From: Trebonia sp.
GTDB taxonomy: Bacteria; Actinomycetota; Actinomycetes; Streptosporangiales; Streptosporangiaceae
Assembly: GCA_035294225.1 (NCBI GenBank)
Contig: DATGLH010000165.1
Coordinates: forward strand, 2,831 to 66,830
Length of the DNA stretch: 64,000 bases
Direction of reading: 5' to 3'
Shown: positions 57,573 through 64,000 of the stretch, one piece after another
How positions within the stretch are numbered: the first letter of the stretch is position 1
How the letters are laid out: every line of letters begins with the position of its first letter
The notes under the pieces: generated by a model
The model's input: the letters and a program-made list of their open reading frames with translations, nothing else
What the model was told of the DNA's origin: nothing
Database searches by the model: none
Translations under genes and position numbers: made by a program

Positions 57573-58227
57573 ACGACTCGTATGTGAAGTCGGGCGCCGG
57601 CCGGGACATCGTCGCGCGCAGCATGCCGATCTCCCGCACCAGCAGGGACCGCTCGGCCCGCAGCCGGGCCAGCGCGTCGGGCGCGGCGAGCAGCGACTGG
57701 CGGTCCGGCAGGTCGATGATCATCGCGGCCCCGACGAGGTAGGAGAGCAGGACGGGCTCGTCCGGCAGGTCGGCCACGCTGACCACTGCCCCGCCGCGGT
57801 CGGCGAGCGTGTTCAGGTAGCCGCGGAACGCCCGCTGCACCCGCGCGGCGGCGCGCGCCGCCGCGTCCGCCTCCCCGGCCTCGTCGGGCAGCGGCTCGAT
57901 CTCGCCCCGCAGGTACGGCAGCGACCGGTCCGTGCCGAGCAGGCGGAACCGCTGCGCGCCGACCGTCAGCAGGTCGTAGCGGCCGTCCTGGCGCGGCTCG
58001 ATCTGCCGCACGGCCGCGACGCAGCCGACATCGTAGAGCGCGGCGACGCCGTCGACGCCGGTCTCCCGGCCCTTGCGGATCGCGATCACGCCGAACCGCC
58101 TCGGCTCCGGCTGTCCGAGCAGGTCGGCGACGAGCTGCCGGTACCGCGGCTCGAAGATGTGCAGCGGCAAGCGCATGCCAGGGAAGAGCACCGTGGAAAG
58201 CGGGAACAGCGGCAGCATCTCGCTCAT
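57559..58227 (-). CDS. LON peptidase substrate-binding domain protein
   Basis: LPLFPL..VLFPG..LPLHIFEPRY, FGV, G..RF. Confidence 0.9.
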   Translation of the reverse strand: MSEMLPLFPLSTVLFPGMRLPLHIFEPRYRQLVADLLGQPEPRRFGVIAIRKGRETGVDGVAALYDVGCVAAVRQIEPRQDGRYDLLTVGAQRFRLLGTDRSLPYLRGEIEPLPDEAGEADAAARAAARVQRAFRGYLNTLADRGGAVVSVADLPDEPVLLSYLVGAAMIIDLPDRQSLLAAPDALARLRAERSLLVREIGMLRATMSRPAPDFTYESFSPN

Positions 58228-58867
58228 ATGGTGGACATTATTCGGCAGCGCGCGCGGGCCGGAAGCGCCCGCCTGGTTATTTATTTCGCTGCCGCACCGC
58301 CCGGCGATGCCTACCGTCAGATGCCGGCCCGGGTCCTCGCCGCGGTCGCGATGAGCACGCACCGGGCACGAGTTCGTGCGCGTGCCGGAGTATCCCGCTT
58401 CCGTTCGGCCGTTCTATCCCGTGCGCCCGGCCGGGCAGCCGCACCTGACGCGCAGTCTCGGCCCGCCCTGGCGGGGCCTGGAGATCGCGGCCGGCGCGCA
58501 GCGCGGGCACCGCTACGACGCGCTGGTGCGCCGGGCAGCGGGACAGGGCTGAGCACCGGGCCGATGCGGGGCTCGCCTGGTGATCGGGTGTCCTTTGCGG
58601 CGCTATTCGCCGGAAACGACACCCAGTCACGGCGCAGCACCCTAGCGGCCGCCGGACGGGTTCCCCGGCAGCCCGGTTGCGCCAGATGGCGGCGGCCATG
58701 GCGGGCAGCCGCTGGGTAATCCGGGCGCGGACGCCTTCGGGGGTCCGGCCGCCGCGGCGTTCGAGTCCGGCCTGGCCCTTGAGGGCCCCGGCCGGCCCTA
58801 GCCGCCGATGAGGATCGGCCCGGGCCGCAGCGCGCCCGTGCGGGCGGCATGCGCCCGGCCCGGCGGG

Positions 58868-59323
58868 TTAGCGGGCACTACCCGCCGGGCCGGGCGCGGA
58901 GCCCGCCAGCGGCGTGGTGTCGCGGTACCTGACCTCGTAAACGCGCTCGGTGAACTTCCAGCCGTCCGGGGTGCGCCGGTAGCGGTCGTGGTAGATGGCG
59001 TAGTTCAGCTCTGACGTGCCGTCGCGGAGGCGGATGAGCTCCGACATGTAGGCACGGCCGGCCGCGGTGTCGCCGTCGAGCTGGATCGTGCCCGGATGCG
59101 TGGTCTGCACGAAGTAGTCCACGAAGGCCGGCACCCGCTCGCCCCAGGCGCGGATCTCCTCCCGGCCGACGAGCTCGGCGGGGACGTTGGGCATCCGCAG
59201 CGCGCCGTCGGATGTGAACAGCGACGCCGCGCGGCCGTAGTCGCGCATCATCACCGCGTCGGTGAACTCGCCGCGCAGCGCCTCGATCTCGACGCGGTCG
59301 GCGATCGCCTGAAGGTCGCTCAT
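58868..59323 (-). CDS. SnoaL-like/NTF2 family protein
   Basis: ADRVEIEAL, LFT.DG, YHDRYRRTPDGWKF. Confidence 0.88.
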   Translation of the reverse strand: MSDLQAIADRVEIEALRGEFTDAVMMRDYGRAASLFTSDGALRMPNVPAELVGREEIRAWGERVPAFVDYFVQTTHPGTIQLDGDTAAGRAYMSELIRLRDGTSELNYAIYHDRYRRTPDGWKFTERVYEVRYRDTTPLAGSAPGPAGSAR

Positions 59324-59349
59324 CGGTTTCCTCCCTCGGTAGCGCGCAC

Positions 59350-59900
59350 CTACCGCCGGGTGAACACGGCGTGGACGGTGAGAGTGCTGTCCATCGAGAT
59401 CAGGCCCAGCCGGTTCCAGGTGAGGCCGAAGCCGGCCCGGTTGACGCGAGCCCCGGCGTCGGGCCAGATCTCGCCGTTGCCCAGGGCGGACGCCGCGGCA
59501 TCGAAGGACAGCGGCCGGTACGGCCGCGCACGGTCAGCACGCCGGTCACCGTGACACCCTGGCCAGACGGCCAGGTACCGTCCGCGGTGAAGGTGATGTC
59601 CGGACAGCCGGCGCTGTCGGAGAAACCGGCCGAGCGCAGGTGCGCGTCGCGCCGGGCGTTCTTAGTGCCGACGGACGCCGCGGCCACCGTGACGGTGCCG
59701 CTGACCTCGCCGCCTGGAGAGACGGTGCCGTTCCCGCCGACCTCGCCGAAGACACCGCGCACCGGCACCAGGCCCATGGCCTTGGCTTTCAGCCGGATGC
59801 TTGACGCGCGGGGAACCAGGACCCATTCCCCGGCCAGCGCCCCGTCCTCCAGCAGAGCCCGTACCGCCGGTGCGGTCGTTTGCCCTGACGGCGTCCGCAT
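59350..59900 (-). pseudogene. YceI family protein with a single-base frameshift
   Basis: VRGVF, SVGTKNARRDAHLRS, GVLTVRG in one frame; RPLSFD...VNRAGFGLTWN in the next; the 551-nt span fits one missing base near 59518. Confidence 0.8.
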
Positions 59901-60003
59901 GATCGCCTCCTCGCCGCGCCGGATGGATTTGAGATGTCACCTATACGACACGTCGTGGCGGGGGGATGTGACATCGCGGGCGGGCTGGATCCGGCCGTCC
60001 TTG

Positions 60004-60204
60004 TCATGCCTCACGGGCGGGGGAGAACGCCTGCGGCCGCACCGCGTGCTCGGGGATGCGGAAGGCTCTCCCGACCCTGATCGCCTCCAGGTCACCGGCG
60101 TGCACGAGGCGGTACACGGTCGCCTTCGACAACCGCATGATCGCTGCCACCTCGAAGACGGTCAGCAGCCTGGTGCTTGTCAGGGAAGGAGCGTTGCCGG
60201 TCAC
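60004..60204 (-). CDS. Excisionase-like HTH DNA-binding protein (Rv0500A-like)
   Basis: LLTVFEVAAIMRLSKATVYRLVHAGDLEAIRVGRAFRIPE. Confidence 0.82.
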   Translation of the reverse strand: MTGNAPSLTSTRLLTVFEVAAIMRLSKATVYRLVHAGDLEAIRVGRAFRIPEHAVRPQAFSPAREA

Positions 60205-60550
60205 GGTGCCTCCTTGAGGTCTGGCGGGAACGCGAGCGTGAAAGTAGACGGCCTTGGCCGAAGGGGCGGTAACCGTCCGGCCGGCCGCTGGGGCTGGACG
60301 GGCACGGAACTATCTGGTGCCACTTGCACGACAAATGGTGCTGCAAGTTGCATCGGGAGACATCGGTCAGCTGACGTATATCGAACGCCCGCCGGCGACC
60401 GTTGTCAGCTCGCAGTCGATCTTGCGACTGTGCCGGCCGCCGGCCCTGTGACGGTTTCCCACTTTGACCTGGCGCGTGCCCGCGGGCCGCGATGAGTCCT
60501 GCGGTGCCCGGCGGCCGTACTGCCGGACCCGTTACCGGGGAGGACTTCCG

Positions 60551-60665
60551 ATGCGCAGCGTGACCTATCCGATGGGCGTCTCACCTGACGGCCGCATCGC
60601 CGGCCCGGACGGCGGCTTCGGCTGGACGGCCCCGCCGGGGAAGCCTTCGGCTTCGTCACCGGCGA
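60551..60665 (+). pseudogene. N-terminal fragment of a dihydrofolate reductase/RibD_C family protein
   Basis: GGAGG RBS; MRSVTYPMGVSPDGRIAGPDGGFGW (canonical SLDGYI) then decay. Confidence 0.6.
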
Positions 60666-60694
60666 GATACGGCAGGCCGGCGTCCACCGTCGCG

Positions 60695-62524
60695 TCAGCT
60701 GGCGGTCATCGTCCCCAGGGCGGCGGTGCGCGCGGCGGTCCAGCCCGGCGGCGGGATGATGCTCGCCCAGGCGGAGGCGCCCTGGAGCATCCCGTAGGTG
60801 TGGCCGTGCCCGGGCGGGACCGCGGCAGCGAGCGCCAGGTCGGCGGCGACCTGCCAGAACGTGATGAGCGGGTACCAGTGCATGGCGGGGGACACGCCGG
60901 GCGGCGCGGGCCCGCGCAGCCAGTCCGGCTGGTGGAAGGCGAGCTGGGGGGACCACCACACGATCGGGTCGGAGGTGTTCTGCAGGTAGACGACCCTGGG
61001 CTGGCCCCAGCCGGGGCTGGCCGGATGGAGGTCGGCCGGCGCGGTGGAGAAGCGCACGGTCCGGCCGCCCTCGTACACCGGCTGCCATTCGGGCGTTCCG
61101 GGATCGCGGCCGGCGGTGAACCTGCTCCACAGGACGTTGCCGTTGGTCGGTCCGGCCCAGAGCACCCCCGAGGTCCGGTCCCGGATGTCGTCGACGCCGC
61201 TGAACGCGTCCTCGCCGCCGAACGATCCCAGGCTCTCGCCGAAGACGACGAGCCTGGGCCGCCGGTCCGCGGGCAGCAGCCGCCACTTGTCGTACACCGC
61301 GTCGAACAGGTCGCGGCCGGCCTCCTGGGCGGGCGCCTTGTCCGCGAGGAACGTGATCCAGCTCGGCAGGTAGGAGTACTGGATGGCGGCCACCGCCGTG
61401 TCGCCGTCGTACATGTACTCAAGCGGGTCGATCATGGCCGGGTTCACCCATCCGGTGCCGGTCGTGGTGGCGACGGCGATGACCTTCCGGCTGAAGGCGC
61501 CCGTCCGCTCGAGTTCCCTGACCGCGAGCGCGGCTTCCGCGGCGATCGAGGGGGCTGACTTCAGCCCGGCGTAGACCCGGATCGGCTCCATCGCCGGCGT
61601 CCCGGTGAACTTGCTGATCTCCCCCGCCGTCGGACCGCTCGCGACGAACGTCCGGCCCTGTCTGCCGAGCGTCGGCCATGGCACGAGCGACTCGGGGCTG
61701 CCCGATCGCTGCGGCTCCGCGGGCTCGGCGATGCCGGCGGCGGTGCTGTCGTCCGCGCTGCCGAAAACGGCGCTGGCCGCGCCGAGGGCGGCTCGGGACA
61801 GCACGCCGGTCACGAGGAAGCCCAGCAGCAGGCACACCACGAGCACCGCGGCCGCGGTGGCGGCCCGGGGCGGGATGACCCGGGCCAGCGGCCGCGCGAC
61901 CAGCCGGATGAGCCACCGGATGCCCCGTGCGACCGCGATCAGGGCGGCCGCGATCAGGATCGTCACGAGGACGACGAGGATGTACAGGGCCTCACTCGGC
62001 CGGCTCGCGTCGGCCAGTTCCTCGATCTGGTGCTCCCACATCGCCCCCAGCACGCCGAACAGCGGGATCAGCACCGCCGCGGCCGCGCCCAGCGCCCAGC
62101 GGGCCGCGCGGCGGACCGGCGGCGCGGGGTGCCACGGGATCAGCGACCTGAGCAGCCATCCGATGAACAGGCCTATGGCGTAGCCGATGGCCACCGTGAT
62201 ACCGGACATGACCGCCTGCAGGTACCACACGCGCGGCAGCAGCGAAGGCGTCAGCGACAGGCAGTAGCAGGCGAGCGCGCCCGTCAGGCCGGCCAGGCTG
62301 AACCGGGACAGGTACCGCCGCGTCCGCGGAAAGGACCACCAGCGCGGCTTCGACGGCTGTCCCTCCTGCGGGGCCGGGACCGGCGCACCGGGCCGCGCGG
62401 GAACGCCGGGCCGCGCCGGAACGCCGGGCCGCGCGGGAACGCCGGGCCGCTCCGGAGCACCGGGCTGTGACGGCGCGGCCCGCTGGCCGCCGGCCCCGCC
62501 GGTCACGGGGTACCCCAGGCCCAC
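60695..62524 (-). CDS. Membrane alpha/beta-hydrolase (Abhydrolase_9 family)
   Basis: SLTPSLLPR, LGRQGR, TTGTGWVN, QYSYLPSW, GESLG, DPIVWW, GHGH. Confidence 0.9.
   Translation of the reverse strand: MGLGYPVTGGAGGQRAAPSQPGAPERPGVPARPGVPARPGVPARPGAPVPAPQEGQPSKPRWWSFPRTRRYLSRFSLAGLTGALACYCLSLTPSLLPRVWYLQAVMSGITVAIGYAIGLFIGWLLRSLIPWHPAPPVRRAARWALGAAAAVLIPLFGVLGAMWEHQIEELADASRPSEALYILVVLVTILIAAALIAVARGIRWLIRLVARPLARVIPPRAATAAAVLVVCLLLGFLVTGVLSRAALGAASAVFGSADDSTAAGIAEPAEPQRSGSPESLVPWPTLGRQGRTFVASGPTAGEISKFTGTPAMEPIRVYAGLKSAPSIAAEAALAVRELERTGAFSRKVIAVATTTGTGWVNPAMIDPLEYMYDGDTAVAAIQYSYLPSWITFLADKAPAQEAGRDLFDAVYDKWRLLPADRRPRLVVFGESLGSFGGEDAFSGVDDIRDRTSGVLWAGPTNGNVLWSRFTAGRDPGTPEWQPVYEGGRTVRFSTAPADLHPASPGWGQPRVVYLQNTSDPIVWWSPQLAFHQPDWLRGPAPPGVSPAMHWYPLITFWQVAADLALAAAVPPGHGHTYGMLQGASAWASIIPPPGWTAARTAALGTMTAS
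62386..62450 (+). repeat. 18-nt tandem repeat x3 (PGVPAR)
   Basis: CCGGGCCGCGCGGGAACG units. Confidence 0.8.
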
Positions 62525-63219
62525 ACGGCCGCCGAGGCGAGCACGCTCAGCGCGTTCGTGGCCCAGTGCAGGCCGGCCGAGGCGAGCACCGAGCCGCTGC
62601 GGCGCCGCAGCTCACAGAACACCACCCCGGACAGCGCGGTGAACAGCACCGTCCCCAGCTCCGTGAATACCTGGGCCGATCTCCCCCGCCCCACCGCGCC
62701 GCTGATCGCCTCGTTGTCCGTGGCGAGGCCGAGCGACGGGAGCACGTGCCACAGGCCGAACAGCAGCGATGAGACGATGGTCGCCGCAGCGGTGCCGCGC
62801 ACGCGCCGCAGCAGGCCCCACAGCACCCCGCGGAAAGCGATCTCCTCCAGCAGCACGGTGCCGACCGGGATGAGCACCAGCGCGGTCAGCAGCGCGCTTC
62901 CGTAACCGAGGCGGTAACGGGTGTCCCGGAACGCGTGCCTGGTCAGCGGCAGCGCCGCGGCGACGGCCAGCACCACCGCCACGGCGCCTATCCCGGCGCC
63001 CGCCCACGTGAGCCCGCGGCGCCACGTTCCGGGCCCCAGGCCCAGCTCGCGCCAGCTGAGCCCGGCGCCCCGGGCGATCGCCAGCAGGAGCGCGGCGCAC
63101 GCCGGCCCCACCGCGAGCGACGCGTGCGCCACCCGGACATCGACCACGTTGACGACCGCGAGGATGATGATGACCGCGGCCACCGCGGCCGGGGGGGAGA
63201 TCGGGAGCGGCCGCGCCAC
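62503..63219 (-). CDS. CPBP family intramembrane glutamic endopeptidase
   Basis: EEIAFRG, FGLWH, H...N motifs; GGAGG RBS before GTG. Confidence 0.88.
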   Translation of the reverse strand: MARPLPISPPAAVAAVIIILAVVNVVDVRVAHASLAVGPACAALLLAIARGAGLSWRELGLGPGTWRRGLTWAGAGIGAVAVVLAVAAALPLTRHAFRDTRYRLGYGSALLTALVLIPVGTVLLEEIAFRGVLWGLLRRVRGTAAATIVSSLLFGLWHVLPSLGLATDNEAISGAVGRGRSAQVFTELGTVLFTALSGVVFCELRRRSGSVLASAGLHWATNALSVLASAAVWAWGTP

Positions 63220-63265
63220 GCCTACGCCCTCCGGCGGCGGCCGCTGGCCGGCCTCGTGCGGGGTG

Positions 63266-64000
63266 TCATGGTTGCGTGCCAAGGGTGACCGTGGCCTTGC
63301 CTTGCCTTCCGCCCCTGACGTAGCCGAGCGTCACCGTATCGCCCGGCTTCTTGGTAATCGTCAGCTCCTGCAGTTGCGCGTTGCTGGTGGCCGGCTGCCC
63401 GTCGATCGTGGTGATCACATCATCCGGGCGCAGCCCCGCCCGCTCGGCCGGGCCGCCGGCGGCAACGCCAGTCACGAACAGGCCGCCGCTCACGCCCGCC
63501 TGGGCGGCGGCCGCCGCCGGAATGGGCACGGTCTGCAGGCCGAAGAACGCATGGGTCACGTGGCCGGAGGTGATGATCTCGTCCGAGATCGTCTTCGCGA
63601 GGTCCACCGGGATCGCGAAGCCGATGCCGATGTTGCCGGCCGACGACCCGCCGTTCGGGTTCGGGACGGTCGCGCCGGCCGACGGGATGCCGACGAGCTG
63701 GCCCGCGCAGTTGACCAGCGCGCCTCCGCTGTTCCCCGGGTTGATCGCGGCGTCGGTCTGCACCGCCGACACCAGCAGCGCGGACCTGTCGTTTTCGGCG
63801 GGCACCTCAACGGTCCTGTCCAGCGCGCTTACGATGCCCGAGGTCACCGTGCCGGACAGGCCGAGCGGCGCGCCGAGCGCGACGACCGGCTCACCGACCC
63901 GCAGCGACCCGGAAGAGCCCAGCGCGATGGGCTTCATCCCCTTCACGGGCTGCACCTTGAGCACGGCCAGGTCAGTCAGCACGTCCCTGCCGACGATGGC
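63266..64000 (-). CDS. HtrA-like trypsin serine protease with PDZ domain (5' truncated)
   Basis: TDLAVLK, TDAAINPGNSGG, GFAIP, GPAERAGL.PDDVI. Confidence 0.93.
   Translation of the reverse strand, partial: AIVGRDVLTDLAVLKVQPVKGMKPIALGSSGSLRVGEPVVALGAPLGLSGTVTSGIVSALDRTVEVPAENDRSALLVSAVQTDAAINPGNSGGALVNCAGQLVGIPSAGATVPNPNGGSSAGNIGIGFAIPVDLAKTISDEIITSGHVTHAFFGLQTVPIPAAAAAQAGVSGGLFVTGVAAGGPAERAGLRPDDVITTIDGQPATSNAQLQELTITKKPGDTVTLGYVRGGRQGKATVTLGTQP

Noticed and set aside
58228-58867. 640-nt gap as a possible ncRNA or gene
   Set aside because: No recognisable RNA motif or credible ORF; cannot be supported without a search
60004-60204. Prophage or ICE
   Set aside because: No integrase, att-tRNA, replication or structural genes nearby

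Overview
High-GC actinobacterial chromosome segment; gene order around gcvP resembles Streptomyces/Mycobacterium, and the taxon is inferred, not proven. The most unusual part is a ~19 kb divergent glycan-biosynthesis island at 3.2-22.0 kb. It encodes a Wzz-like co-polymerase, an NDP-sugar 4,6-dehydratase, a DegT aminotransferase, a formyltransferase, a PIG-L de-N-acylase, a GT4 and a single ORF fusing O-antigen ligase/Wzy, Wzx flippase and a priming sugar-phosphate transferase. Translationally coupled inside the same operon are a divergent RtcB-family (RNA-ligase-fold) protein, an HPr-kinase-like P-loop protein and an APH-like kinase. A sensor-less histidine kinase, a stand-alone HisKA-like peptide and two LuxR regulators flank it. 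The rest holds a TusA-ferritin-like fusion, ApbE/Rieske/Usp/cupin genes, gcvP with a glycine riboswitch, the conserved merR-nuclease-merR-garA-manC-pgsA2 block, dhaKLM-ptsH, a NACHT/STAND NTPase, a Liv-type ABC catabolic locus, MFS/HxlR, several pseudogene fragments and many short tandem duplications. I saw no CRISPR array, tRNA, rRNA or IS element. All family calls come from motif recognition by eye; no database searches were run.
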